From positions 1-57,513 of the forward strand of contig JACPOT010000041.1 of assembly GCA_016191385.1 (NCBI GenBank): a stretch of 57,513 nt of DNA, in the 5' to 3' direction. This DNA comes from Chloroflexota bacterium (lineage in GTDB: Bacteria; Chloroflexota; Limnocylindria; P2-11E). Numbering within the stretch: the stretch's first letter is position 1; every line of letters begins with the position of its first letter. Position numbers and translations under genes: made by a program. Below the pieces are notes generated by a model. It was not told the origin of the DNA. It searched no databases and saw only the letters and a program-made list of their open reading frames with translations. Shown here one piece after another: positions 25,750 to 36,938 of this stretch.

Positions 25750-26172
25750 ATGACAAAGGACGACCGCCTCGAGCGCCTGCGCAGCGTGCCGCTCTTCGGC
25801 TCGTGCACCGAGAAGCAGCTCGAGTTCATCGCCAGCCGCGTCGAGGACGTGGATCTACCGGCGGGCAAGGTCCTCACCGAGGAGGGCAAGAGCGGCGGCG
25901 AGTTCTTCATCCTCCTGTCCGGCGAGGCAGAGGTACGCCGCGGCGGCAGGCTCCTCGACACCATGAAGGCGGGCGACTTCTTTGGCGAGATCGCGCTCCT
26001 CGACAACGGGCCGCGCACCGCGACGGTGACCGCGAAGACGGCCATCCGTTCCCTGGTCCTCTCGCCGCGGCAGTTCCAGGACGTCATCCACCAGGAGGCC
26101 GGGATCGCGGCAACGCTCCTGCATGTCGTCACCAAGCGGCTGCGCAACAACAGTGGCATGCCGAAGGACTAG
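25750..26172 (+). CDS. Stand-alone cyclic-nucleotide-binding domain protein (second copy)
   Basis: 140 aa. LRSVPLFGSC...EFFILLSGEAEV...FFGEIALLDNGPRTATVTA. Same architecture as 14191..14634. Confidence 0.8.
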   Translation: MTKDDRLERLRSVPLFGSCTEKQLEFIASRVEDVDLPAGKVLTEEGKSGGEFFILLSGEAEVRRGGRLLDTMKAGDFFGEIALLDNGPRTATVTAKTAIRSLVLSPRQFQDVIHQEAGIAATLLHVVTKRLRNNSGMPKD

Positions 26173-26226
26173 CATCGGGCGAGACGCCGGGACCGGCTCC
26201 ATGGTCGGCCTGGACGGAGGTGCCAC

Positions 26227-27135
26227 GTGACCAGCGATGCCGCGTACGGCGGAGCACAAGTGCCTCAGCGCAAGCTCACCATCCCCGAGATCGTCGCGAT
26301 GAAGCGCGAGGGGAAGAAGATCACGATGCTGACCGCCTACGACGTCGCGTTCGCGCGGCTCGTGGACGCATCCGGCGTCGACGTGATCCTCGTCGGTGAC
26401 TCGCTGGGCATGGTCATGCTCGGCCACCCCACGACGGTCCCCGTGACGATGGACGACATGGTCCGCCACGCCGCCGCGGTGTCGCGCGGCTCCAGGCACG
26501 CGGTCCTCGTCGGCGACATGCCTTTCGGCTCGTACCAGACCAGCCGCGAGGACGCGCTGCGCAACGCCGCGCGCTTCCTCAAAGAGGCGGGGATGGACGC
26601 GGTGAAGCTCGAGGGCGGGCACGAGGTCGTCGAGACCACGCGCGCGCTCGTCGAGAACGGCATCGCGGTCATGGGTCACGTGGGTCTCACGCCGCAGCGC
26701 GTCGCGCAGTTCGGCGGGTTCAAGGTCCAGGCCAAGAGCGCCGAGGCGGCGCGTCGCCTCATCGATGACTGCGTCAGCCTCGAGCAGGCCGGATGCTTCT
26801 CGATCGTCATCGAGTCGGTGCCCGCACCGGTGGCGGCGCTCGCGACGGGGGCGATCGGGATCCCCACCATCGGCATCGGAGCGGGTCCGGACTGCGACGG
26901 CCAGGTGCTCGTGCTGCACGACGTCCTCGGCCTCTTCGGCGAGTTCAAGCCGAAGTTCGCCAAGCGCTACGCCGAGCTCGGCCCGATCGTCGTCGACGCC
27001 CTCCGGCGGTTCGACCGCGAGGTCCGCGAGGGGACGTTCCCCGACGCGGAGCACTCGTTCACGATGAAGGACGCCGAGCGCACCGAGCTGGAGCGCGATC
27101 TCGCGGAGCCGCGCCGCCCGAAGAAGGTCGTCTAG
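26227..27135 (+). CDS. panB: 3-methyl-2-oxobutanoate hydroxymethyltransferase
   Basis: KITMLTAYD...ILVGDSLGMV..GH.TT..VT...GDMPFGSY...VKLEGG...GHVGLTPQ...ESVP...IPTIGIGAG..CDGQVLV is the PanB signature. Confidence 0.9.
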   Translation: MTSDAAYGGAQVPQRKLTIPEIVAMKREGKKITMLTAYDVAFARLVDASGVDVILVGDSLGMVMLGHPTTVPVTMDDMVRHAAAVSRGSRHAVLVGDMPFGSYQTSREDALRNAARFLKEAGMDAVKLEGGHEVVETTRALVENGIAVMGHVGLTPQRVAQFGGFKVQAKSAEAARRLIDDCVSLEQAGCFSIVIESVPAPVAALATGAIGIPTIGIGAGPDCDGQVLVLHDVLGLFGEFKPKFAKRYAELGPIVVDALRRFDREVREGTFPDAEHSFTMKDAERTELERDLAEPRRPKKVV

Positions 27136-27152
27136 CCGCTAGCCTCGCTGCC

Positions 27153-27977
27153 GTGCGCGTCGCGATCCTGGGTATGGGCGCCATCGGTCACGTGATCGCG
27201 CGGGCGCTCGACGGGCGCGTCGATCTCGTCGCGGTGGACCGCACCCGCTCGCCGCTCCGCGACGGTGAGCCTGCTGTCGACGCGGCCATCGTGTGCGTCA
27301 AGGCGTACGGCACGAAGTGGGCGGCCGAGGTCGCGCAGCGCATCCTCGGGCGCGACGGCGTGATCACCACGGTGCAGAACGGCCTTGGGAACGTCGAGAC
27401 GCTGGCCGCGGCAGTGGGAGAGCGCCGCGTCTCGGTCGGCGTGATCTACGTCGGCGCCGAGCTGGTCGAGGGGAAGCTCGAGGCGACGGGTGCCGGTCGT
27501 GTCGAGCTCGGCCGTCCGGATCTACCGGCGTCACGCGAACGGCTCGCCGACCTCGCCCAGGCCATGACCGCGGGCGGCATGACCGTGAGCGTCGTCGACG
27601 ATCCGTGGCCCTCCGTCTGGGGCAAGCTCGTCGTGAACGCGGCGATGAATCCAACGACGGCGATCTTCGGGATCCGCAACTCCGAGCTGCTGGACCACCC
27701 TGCCGGGCGACCGCTCGCGGACGACCTGGCGCGCGAGACCGCGCGCGTCGCGACGGCGGCCGGAATTCCGATCGACGACGCGTCGGCCCCCGAGATGTGG
27801 CACAAGGTCGCGAGCTTCGTGAACCGTTCGTCGATGCTCCAAGACGTGCAGGCCGGACGGCCGACCGAGATCGACGCGATCAACGGCGCGGTCGCGCGCG
27901 AGGGTCAGCGGCTCGGCGTGCAGGCTCCCGTGAACGAGGCGATCACGCTGCTGGTGAAGGCGGTGACCGAGCGCTAG
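27153..27977 (+). CDS. panE: 2-dehydropantoate 2-reductase (ApbA/PanE family)
   Basis: GTG 27153 gives VRVAILGMGAIGHVIA (Rossmann motif). Later motifs are VKAY, VWGKLVVNAAMNP, SSMLQDVQAGRPTEIDAINGAV. Confidence 0.8.
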   Translation: MRVAILGMGAIGHVIARALDGRVDLVAVDRTRSPLRDGEPAVDAAIVCVKAYGTKWAAEVAQRILGRDGVITTVQNGLGNVETLAAAVGERRVSVGVIYVGAELVEGKLEATGAGRVELGRPDLPASRERLADLAQAMTAGGMTVSVVDDPWPSVWGKLVVNAAMNPTTAIFGIRNSELLDHPAGRPLADDLARETARVATAAGIPIDDASAPEMWHKVASFVNRSSMLQDVQAGRPTEIDAINGAVAREGQRLGVQAPVNEAITLLVKAVTER

Positions 27978-27985
27978 GCCCGGGC

Positions 27986-27988
<3 letters not shown>
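27975..27988. terminator. 14-nt perfect palindrome TAGGCCCGGGCCTA containing the stop codons of both convergent genes; possible minimal bidirectional terminator
   Basis: The panE stop TAG (27975-27977) and the fadD stop (CTA, 27986-27988) are the two arms of the palindrome. The stem is short, so terminator function is speculative. Confidence 0.3.
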
Positions 27989-29740
<1,752 letters not shown>

Positions 29741-29761
<21 letters not shown>

Positions 29762-29794
29762 ATCGACACTCGCTCGTCCGGTACGCTTGCAAGC
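29741..29794. promoter_or_regulatory. Two palindromic sites sharing the core CTTGCAAG in the divergent fadD / thiolase control region
   Basis: GACTTGCAAGTC (29741-29752, 12-nt perfect palindrome, inside fadD codons 4-7) and GCTTGCAAGC (29785-29794, 10-nt perfect palindrome, 4 nt upstream of the thiolase ATG). Their centres are 43 bp apart. Confidence 0.45.
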
Positions 29795-29797
29795 ACG

Positions 29798-31042
29798 ATG
29801 CCGCGGGCCGTGATCCTGGGCGGCGCCCGCACGCCGTTCGTGAAAGCGGGCACTTCTTTCGCCGAGCTCGACGTCCTGGACCTGGCGCGCAGCGCCACCG
29901 CCGAGGCGCTGGCGCGCACGGAGGTCGACCCCCGCGACGTGGACGAGGTCGTCTTCGGGAACGTCGCCCGGCCGGTCGCCTACCACAACCTCGCCCGCGA
30001 AGTGGTGCTCTCCCTGTCCATGCCCGCGCGCATCCCCGCGTACACGGTCAGCCTGGCGTGCGCGTCGGCGTGCCTGGCCATCACCAGCGCCGCCGACCAC
30101 GTGATGACCCGTAACGCCGAGGTCGTCGTCGCCGGCGGCAGCGAGTCCCTCACCAACGTCCCGCTCACGCTCACGCCGCGGCTCGCGCGCTCGCTGATCG
30201 CGGCGTCGCAGGCTAAGAGCCTTCCGGCCAAGGCGCGCAGCTTCGCGGAGGTGCGCGCGTCGGACATCGCGCCCGTCGCGCCCGGCATCCGCGAGACCTC
30301 GACGGGACTGACGATGGGCGAGTCGGCCGAGCGCATGGCCGCGATCAACGGGATCGAGCGCGAGGAGCAGGACGCCTGGGCGCTACGCAGCCACCAGCTC
30401 GCCGCCGCGGGCTGGGAGGACGGCCGCCTCGCGGCCGAGGTCGGTCCGGTCTACGTCGACTCCACCGCCGTCATCACCGACGGCCACATCCGCCGCGACT
30501 CCACGCGCGAGAAGCTCGCGACGCTCCCGCCGGTGTTCGACCGCGCGCACGGCACCATCACCGCTGGAAACGCGAGCCCGCTCACCGACGGCGCCGCCGC
30601 GGTCGTGATCGCGAGCGAGCAGCGCGCACGCCAGCTGGGCCTTGCGCCGCTTGCCGTCATCCGGTCTTACGCCTACGCCGCGGTCGATCCCGCCGATCAG
30701 CTGCTCATCGCGCCGGCATACGCGATCCCGCTGGCACTGCAGCGCGCCGGGCTCACGCTCGACGACATCGACGTGTTCGAGATGCACGAGGCTTTCGCCG
30801 CGCAGGTGCTGTCGACGATTCGCGTCATGGAGCAGAACGGCGCCGGCACCATCCCCCTTGCGAAGCTCAACGTCATGGGCGGGTCCATCGCGCTGGGGCA
30901 CCCGTTCGGCGCGACCGGGGCGCGCCTGGTGCTGACGCTCGCGCACGAGATGAAGCGCCGCGGCGCGCGCTACGGCGTCGCCAGCGCCTGCGCGGCGGGC
31001 GGCAACGGCGCCGCGATCGTGCTGGAGAGCATCGCGGCGTGA
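29798..31042 (+). CDS. Acetyl-CoA C-acyltransferase (thiolase)
   Basis: Starts at MPRAVILGGARTPF. Active-site region VSLACASA, C-terminal NVMGGSIALGHPFGATGAR and ASACAAGGNG. Confidence 0.9.
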   Translation: MPRAVILGGARTPFVKAGTSFAELDVLDLARSATAEALARTEVDPRDVDEVVFGNVARPVAYHNLAREVVLSLSMPARIPAYTVSLACASACLAITSAADHVMTRNAEVVVAGGSESLTNVPLTLTPRLARSLIAASQAKSLPAKARSFAEVRASDIAPVAPGIRETSTGLTMGESAERMAAINGIEREEQDAWALRSHQLAAAGWEDGRLAAEVGPVYVDSTAVITDGHIRRDSTREKLATLPPVFDRAHGTITAGNASPLTDGAAAVVIASEQRARQLGLAPLAVIRSYAYAAVDPADQLLIAPAYAIPLALQRAGLTLDDIDVFEMHEAFAAQVLSTIRVMEQNGAGTIPLAKLNVMGGSIALGHPFGATGARLVLTLAHEMKRRGARYGVASACAAGGNGAAIVLESIAA

Positions 31043-33066
31043 TCGCGGAGAGGGCCGCGCCGACCTCCCCAGCGGAGACGCCATCCGCACGGTTCGTCCC
31101 CGCGGATGGCACGGGGATCGCCCGCATCGTCATCGACCGGCCCGACGACGCCGTCAACTCCGTCGACGTCCGCCTCCTCGACGACCTCATGCACGCGATC
31201 GCGGCGGCGCGATCGGCCAGGCCACGCGGCCTGGTGATCGCGAGCGGGAAGGCGGACCAGTTCATGGCCGGGGCCGACCTCTCGCTGCTGCGCGGCGCGT
31301 CGCAACAGGACGCGGAGCGCGCCAGCCGGCGGATGCAGGAGGTCCTCGAGGAGCTGGCGGCCCTGCCGTTCACGACGGTCGCGGCCATCAACGGCCCGGC
31401 GCTGGGCGGCGGGTTCGAGCTCGCCCTCGCGTGCGACCGCCGCGTCATGGCCGACACGCCGAACGCGCGCGTCGGCCTCACCGAGGTGCGCCTGGGACTC
31501 ATCCCCGCCGCCGGCGGGACGCAGCGGCTGGTGCGCCTCATCGGCCTGCCGCGCGCGCTCGACCTCATCCTCGGCGCCAGGCAGCTCACGCCCAAGCGCG
31601 CGCTCCGTGCGGGCGTCGTCGACGAGGTGGTCCATCCCGCGGTGCTGCTGCGCGCGACGGGTGAGGTCGCGCTCACGGGCGGCAAGGCCAGCGCGCGCGG
31701 CGGCCGCACCGCGATCGAGCGCGCGATCACCTGGCTCGCTCCGCTGCGCGCCGTCGCGCTCTCGCAGGCGCGGAAGCGAACGCTCGCGGAGACCAGGGGC
31801 TTCTACCCCGCGCCGCTGCGCGCGATCGACGCCGTCGCCGCGGGTCTCTCTCGCGGGATGGCCGCGGGGCTCGAGGAGGAGTCGCGCGCCTTCGGCGAGC
31901 TCGCCACCAGCCAGACCGGGCGCAACCTCACCTCGCTGCTGGTGCGCACGCTGCGTCAGCGGCGCGCCGCGTTCGAGGGTCTCGGCGCGGCGCGGCCGGT
32001 GGGGAGGGTCGGCGTCGTCGGCCTCGGCTTCATGGGATCGGGCATCGCGCAGTCCGCGGCCGTCGCCGGGATGACGGTCCGCGCGCGCGATCGCGATGCC
32101 GCCGCCGTGGCGAAGGGCATCTCGTCCATCCGGAAGCTCACGACCGAAGCCGCGCGCAAGGGGGCCATCGAGAGGCGCGAGGCGACGCGGGTCACCGGCC
32201 GCGTGAGCGGCGGCCCGGACCTCGCGGGGTTCCGGCACGCCGACCTGGTCATCGAGGCCGTGTTCGAGGAGATCGGCGCCAAGCGCGCGGTCATCTCGGA
32301 GCTCGAGGCGGTGCTCCGCGCCGACGCGGTGATCGCTTCCAACACGTCGGCGCTGCCGATCGGCGAGATCGCGCGCGGCGCGAGGCATCCAGAGCGGATC
32401 GTGGGCATGCACTTCTTCTCGCCGGTCCACAAGATGCCGCTCATCGAGGTCGTGCGACCCGCGGGCGCCGATCCCGACGCGGTCGCCACGGCCGTCGCGA
32501 CGGCCGTGGCGTTCGGCAAGACGCCGATCGTCGTCGGCGACGGGCCCGGCTTCTACACGACGCGCGTGCTGTCGACGATGATCGCCGACGCCTTCGCGCT
32601 CGTGGGTGAGGGGGTCGCCATCGAGGCCATCGACCGGGCGATGACGGAGTTCGGCTGGCCCGTCGGTCCGCTGCAGCTCGTCGACGAGGTCGGGCTCGAG
32701 GTCGCCGCGCACGCGGGCGAGACCATCGCGAAGGCGCGGCGGATGGACGGTCCGGGCATCGTCGCGTCACTCGCCGACGAGGGCTTCCGGGGGAAGGCGC
32801 GCGGTGGCGGCTTCTATCTCTACGAAGGCCGGAAGAGGACGGCGAACCCGCGCGTCTACGCCATCCTGGGCGTCACGCCTCGCGCGACGACGGGCGGGAT
32901 CGCGGGACGCCTGACGACGACCTTCGTGCGCGAGGCGCAGCGCTGCCTGGAGGAAGGGATCCTCCGCTCCGCGGACGAGGGTGACCTCGGTGCCGTCCTG
33001 GGCCTCGGCTTCCCGCCGTTCCTGGGCGGGCCGTTCACGTACGCTCGCGAGCGGGGCATCTCGTGA
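31039..33066 (+). CDS. Bifunctional enoyl-CoA hydratase / 3-hydroxyacyl-CoA dehydrogenase (FadB/FadJ type)
   Basis: Crotonase region AAINGPALGGGFELALAC followed by VGVVGLGFMGSGIA (NAD-binding) and the 3HCDH C-domain. A GTGA overlap links it to the thiolase gene. Confidence 0.9.
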   Translation: MIAERAAPTSPAETPSARFVPADGTGIARIVIDRPDDAVNSVDVRLLDDLMHAIAAARSARPRGLVIASGKADQFMAGADLSLLRGASQQDAERASRRMQEVLEELAALPFTTVAAINGPALGGGFELALACDRRVMADTPNARVGLTEVRLGLIPAAGGTQRLVRLIGLPRALDLILGARQLTPKRALRAGVVDEVVHPAVLLRATGEVALTGGKASARGGRTAIERAITWLAPLRAVALSQARKRTLAETRGFYPAPLRAIDAVAAGLSRGMAAGLEEESRAFGELATSQTGRNLTSLLVRTLRQRRAAFEGLGAARPVGRVGVVGLGFMGSGIAQSAAVAGMTVRARDRDAAAVAKGISSIRKLTTEAARKGAIERREATRVTGRVSGGPDLAGFRHADLVIEAVFEEIGAKRAVISELEAVLRADAVIASNTSALPIGEIARGARHPERIVGMHFFSPVHKMPLIEVVRPAGADPDAVATAVATAVAFGKTPIVVGDGPGFYTTRVLSTMIADAFALVGEGVAIEAIDRAMTEFGWPVGPLQLVDEVGLEVAAHAGETIAKARRMDGPGIVASLADEGFRGKARGGGFYLYEGRKRTANPRVYAILGVTPRATTGGIAGRLTTTFVREAQRCLEEGILRSADEGDLGAVLGLGFPPFLGGPFTYARERGIS

Positions 33067-34931
33067 GCACCAACTTCTTCACCGACAACGAGGACCTGGT
33101 CGAGACCTTCGACCGCGCCATCCCGTGGACCCGGGTCGTTCACGCGGTCGCCGGTCCCGAGGCGGACGTCGCGGAGACCGTTTCGACATGGCGCGAGATC
33201 CTCGACCTCGCGGGTCGCTACATCGCGAGCGAGATCGCGCCGCGCGCGGCGAAGGTCGACGAGATCGGCGTCATCCGCGACGGCGGGGTACGGATGAACG
33301 AGCCCATGACGCTGGGGCTCACGGGTCTCGCGGAGCTCGGGCTCGCCTCGCCGTCCGTGCCCGAGAAGTGGGGCGGCGCCGGCCTGCCCTTCAGCGTGAC
33401 CATGATCCTGGCGGAGATGCTCGCGCGAGCGGACCTCTCGCTCCAGGTGCAGCACGGCATCGGCTGGAACTCACCCGCGGCGCTCTTCCTCCGCTATGGC
33501 AGCGAGGGTGAGAAGGACCGCTACCTCCCGCGCCTCGCGAAGGGCGAGATCATGGGCGCCGTCGCGATGACGGAGCCGCAGGCCGGCTCGGACGTCGGGC
33601 GCCTGGCGACGACGGCGACGCCGCGCGGCGACGGCACCTACGTCCTGCGCGGCCGCAAGCAGTTCATCTCTGCGGGGCAGGGGGAGTTCGTCATCGTCCT
33701 CGCGCGCGCTCCGGGCACCACGGGCCTCGACGGTCTCGGGCTCTTCCTCGCGGACCGCGAGAAGAGCGACAACTACGTGACCGAGCGCGCGGAGCACAAG
33801 TTCGTCATCCGCGGATCGCCCACGTGCGCCCTCGTCTTCGAGAACACGGTCGCGACGAGCCTGGGCGAGCCCGGCGACGGCTGGAAGCGGATCCTCACGT
33901 TCATGAACGAGTCGCGTCTCGGCGTGGGGATCCAGGGCATCGGCGTCGCTCAGGCGGCGTACGCGAAGGCGATGGAGTACGCCGCGCAGCGCGTGCAGCT
34001 CGGTCATCCCATCCGCGAGCACCCGATGGTCGCGGAGATGCTGCTCGACATGCGCACGACCGTCGCCGGGGCGCGCGCGCTCGCCTACGAGGCCATCGCG
34101 CTCCAGGACCTGGTCATGTTCGCGAACGACGAAGGCGCGGCGAAGCGGCTGCGCGAGCTCACTCCGCTCGTGAAGTGGTACGGGACCGAAGGCGCCGTGC
34201 GCGTCGCGCGCATGGCGCTGCAGATCCACGGCGGGAACGGCGTCGTCGACGAGTACGACGTGGGTCGCTACATGCGCGACGCGCTCATCACTCCGATCTA
34301 CGAAGGCACCTCGCAGATCCAGTCGCTGATGGCGGTGAAGGACCTCCTGAAGGTCGTGCTGCGGAAGCCCGCGATGCTGGTCCGCGGCGGCCCCACCGCC
34401 TGGCTCGCCCGTGCGCGCTTCGAGGGGCGCCTCGGTCGCGACTTTGCCACGGCTCGAGGCAGCGTCATGGGCGCGCTGCGCTCGCTCATCGCGCGGCTCG
34501 TGCGCCGCACGGGCCTGGGCCTGCTGCGCGGCGCGGAGCTGTCGGAGGAGGATCTCGGCCCGGTCCTCCTGCACGCGGAGCGGATCACCGAAGCGCTCGC
34601 GCACCTGCACGTCGCGCGGGCGCTCGGCGAGCGCGCGATCCTCGTGCCTGCCCGTCTACCCGTCGCGGAGCGCGCCGCGCGAACGGCGCGCCTCGTCGCG
34701 GAGCGGAACAGGCGAGCCATCGCGCTGGACGACGGCTCCGTGCTCGCGCAGGTCGCGGAGTGGCGCGGTGAGGGTCAGAGCCTCCGGGTGAGCGCGAGCA
34801 GCACGACGACCACCGAGAGCGCGGCGAGCCCCACGCCCGTCCAGGAGAACGCCGCGGCGATCCCGATCTCCGTCGCGATGGCGCCGAGCACGGGGGCGGC
34901 GAGCCCGCCGATCTCCGCGGACAGCAGGTAG
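33063..34931 (+). CDS. Long acyl-CoA dehydrogenase
   Basis: GAVAMTEPQAGSDV..., ...IYEGTSQIQ and an extended C-terminal helical domain. The last ~52 codons run through the 3' end of the convergent MFS gene and look low-complexity. Confidence 0.85.
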   Translation: MSTNFFTDNEDLVETFDRAIPWTRVVHAVAGPEADVAETVSTWREILDLAGRYIASEIAPRAAKVDEIGVIRDGGVRMNEPMTLGLTGLAELGLASPSVPEKWGGAGLPFSVTMILAEMLARADLSLQVQHGIGWNSPAALFLRYGSEGEKDRYLPRLAKGEIMGAVAMTEPQAGSDVGRLATTATPRGDGTYVLRGRKQFISAGQGEFVIVLARAPGTTGLDGLGLFLADREKSDNYVTERAEHKFVIRGSPTCALVFENTVATSLGEPGDGWKRILTFMNESRLGVGIQGIGVAQAAYAKAMEYAAQRVQLGHPIREHPMVAEMLLDMRTTVAGARALAYEAIALQDLVMFANDEGAAKRLRELTPLVKWYGTEGAVRVARMALQIHGGNGVVDEYDVGRYMRDALITPIYEGTSQIQSLMAVKDLLKVVLRKPAMLVRGGPTAWLARARFEGRLGRDFATARGSVMGALRSLIARLVRRTGLGLLRGAELSEEDLGPVLLHAERITEALAHLHVARALGERAILVPARLPVAERAARTARLVAERNRRAIALDDGSVLAQVAEWRGEGQSLRVSASSTTTTESAASPTPVQENAAAIPISVAMAPSTGAASPPISADSR

Positions 34932-36001
34932 TACGTCCCGAGCACGGTCGAGCGCCGCTCGGCGGGCGCGTTCTCGGAGACGAGCACCTCGGTCACGGTG
35001 AGGCGCATCGATGTCGCGACGCCGACGACGAAGAGCGGGATCCACACCAGGGGCGTGGGCGTCAGGGTGAACAGCCAGATGGCCGGTCCGAGGACCGCGA
35101 GGCCGATGGCGATCACCGCGCGGCGGCCGATGCGATCCGAGAGCCAGCCGCCGAACGGCGCGCCGACGAGGCCCGCCGCCTGCGGCAGCGCGAACAGCGC
35201 GGCCGCCGCGGCGATGTCGAGCCCGCGCGAGTCCACGAGGTAGATGGAGAGGAACGCGAGGAACGCGGCGAACCCGACCTGGAAGACGATCGAGAGCCCG
35301 ACGACGCTCCCGACGCGGCGCGCCACCGCGACGAGCTCCCGCAGCGCCGCCAGACGGCTGCGGCGCTGCGGCGCCACGTGGCCTTTCGGGGCGAGCAGCC
35401 ACAGCGCGACGCCCGAGACGATGGGCGCGATGGCGAAGGCGAGGTACGGCGCGCGCCAGGTGCCCATCGTCAGCGCGAACCAGCCCGCCACCAGCGGTGC
35501 CGCGAAGAACGAAAGGTGTCCACCGGTCGTGTGCAAGCCCAGCGCGCCCCCGCGCACGCGTTCGGGAAAAGCACGCGTGAGCAGCGAGACCGCCGGGGCG
35601 TGATAGGTGCCCGAGACGATCCCCATGGCGATGAGGAAGACGAGCAGCTGCCAGTACGCGCCGGAGAGCGCGAGCGCGATGCTCGTGATGCCGATGCCCA
35701 CCAGGCCCGCGGCGAGCACCGCCCGCGGGCCGACGCGGTCGGCGAGCACGCCCAGCGGCGCGTTCGCGAGTCCGACGCTGAGGCTGTACGCCGACGTGGC
35801 GAAGCCGGACTGCGTGTACGAGAGCGCGAACGTGTCACGGATCAGCGGCAGCAGCGGGTTGAGCAGCGAGTTCGCCACGTGGTGCGAGAAGTGGGCGGTC
35901 GCGAAGCCGAGGATCGTCGCGCGGCCCTTGCCGCTGCGGATGGCCAGAGTCTCCGGCGCGATCTTCGCCCCGGCGGCCTCGCCGGGGGTCGTGTCCTCCA
36001 C
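34775..36001 (-). CDS. MFS transporter
   Basis: The GTG at 36001 lies 2 nt after the panC stop. 408 aa with about 12 hydrophobic segments. LADRVGPR and LSDRIGRR loops are typical of MFS motif A. Confidence 0.75.
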   Translation of the reverse strand: MEDTTPGEAAGAKIAPETLAIRSGKGRATILGFATAHFSHHVANSLLNPLLPLIRDTFALSYTQSGFATSAYSLSVGLANAPLGVLADRVGPRAVLAAGLVGIGITSIALALSGAYWQLLVFLIAMGIVSGTYHAPAVSLLTRAFPERVRGGALGLHTTGGHLSFFAAPLVAGWFALTMGTWRAPYLAFAIAPIVSGVALWLLAPKGHVAPQRRSRLAALRELVAVARRVGSVVGLSIVFQVGFAAFLAFLSIYLVDSRGLDIAAAAALFALPQAAGLVGAPFGGWLSDRIGRRAVIAIGLAVLGPAIWLFTLTPTPLVWIPLFVVGVATSMRLTVTEVLVSENAPAERRSTVLGTYYLLSAEIGGLAAPVLGAIATEIGIAAAFSWTGVGLAALSVVVVLLALTRRL

Positions 36002-36003
36002 GC

Positions 36004-36879
36004 TCAGAGCTCCGCGAGCTCGTCCAGGGTCATGCCGAGCAGCACGTTGTCGAGGAGGCGCGCGTTGCCGACGCGGCACGCGAGCGAGATCACTGCTCGC
36101 TCCGCGCGGCCCGCGACCTCGCGCAGCGTCACGGGGTCGGCGACCGAGACGTACTCGAGCGACCCCGCCTGATGTGCGACCGCCTCCACCGTCCGGCGCA
36201 AGGCCGTCGCATCTCGCTCCCCCTGGACCCAGGCCTTGGCCGCGGCCAGCAGCCCGCCCGAGAGCGCGAGCGCCCTGGCCCGCTCGTCGGCGCCGAGGTA
36301 CGCGTTGCGCGACGAGAGCGCGAGGCCGTCGGCCGCGCGCACGATGGGGCAGGGGACCACGCGCACGTCCAGCGCGAGCGACCGCACCATCGTCTGGAGG
36401 ACGCGCAGCTGCTGGAAGTCCTTCTGCCCGAAGTACGCGCGCGTGGGCCGCACCATCCCGAAGAGCTTCGCGACGATCGTGCACACGCCGGCGAAGTGAC
36501 CCGGCCGCGCGGCCCCCTCGAGTCGCGAGGCGATGTCGCCAGGCACGACGCGCATGTCGTCGCCGGGCGGGTACATCTCTGCCACCGACGGCAGGAAGAC
36601 GGAGTGGCAGCCCGCGCGCTCGAGCAGCGCCAGGTCGCGCTCTTCATCGCGCGGATACGCGCGGTAATCCTCGTTCGGCCCGAACTGCGCCGGGTTCACG
36701 AAGATCGATGCGATGGCGCCCTCGTTGTCACGCACAGCACGCTCGACGAGCGCGAGGTGACCGTCGTGGAGCGCGCCCATCGTGGGAACGAAGCCCACGT
36801 CGCCGGCCGGACCGCGCCACTCGCGCAGCTCCGCGACGCTGCGGATGCGCTGGATCGCGACGGAGCTAGAGGCCGACAA
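36004..36879 (-). CDS. panC: Pantoate--beta-alanine ligase
   Basis: VGFVPTMGALHDGHLALV, ASIFVNPAQFGPNEDY, GHFAGVCTIVAKLF, YFGQKDFQQ and LALSSRN are all present. The TTG at 36879 is the first plausible in-frame start; the upstream part of ORF 36004..37101 is rejected. Confidence 0.85.
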   Translation of the reverse strand: MSASSSVAIQRIRSVAELREWRGPAGDVGFVPTMGALHDGHLALVERAVRDNEGAIASIFVNPAQFGPNEDYRAYPRDEERDLALLERAGCHSVFLPSVAEMYPPGDDMRVVPGDIASRLEGAARPGHFAGVCTIVAKLFGMVRPTRAYFGQKDFQQLRVLQTMVRSLALDVRVVPCPIVRAADGLALSSRNAYLGADERARALALSGGLLAAAKAWVQGERDATALRRTVEAVAHQAGSLEYVSVADPVTLREVAGRAERAVISLACRVGNARLLDNVLLGMTLDELAEL

Positions 36880-36938
36880 AGAAGATCGAGCGAGGATCCG
36901 GCTTTGCCGGGCCGAGCAAGTCCATAAGAGCGGAGCGA

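Noticed and set aside
36898-36910. A small hairpin CCGGC-ttt-GCCGG between gpgS and panC, considered as a terminator.
   Set aside because: - The stem is only 5 bp, with no flanking T/A tract.
- The genes on both sides look co-transcribed.
- It is not distinguishable from chance in GC-rich DNA.
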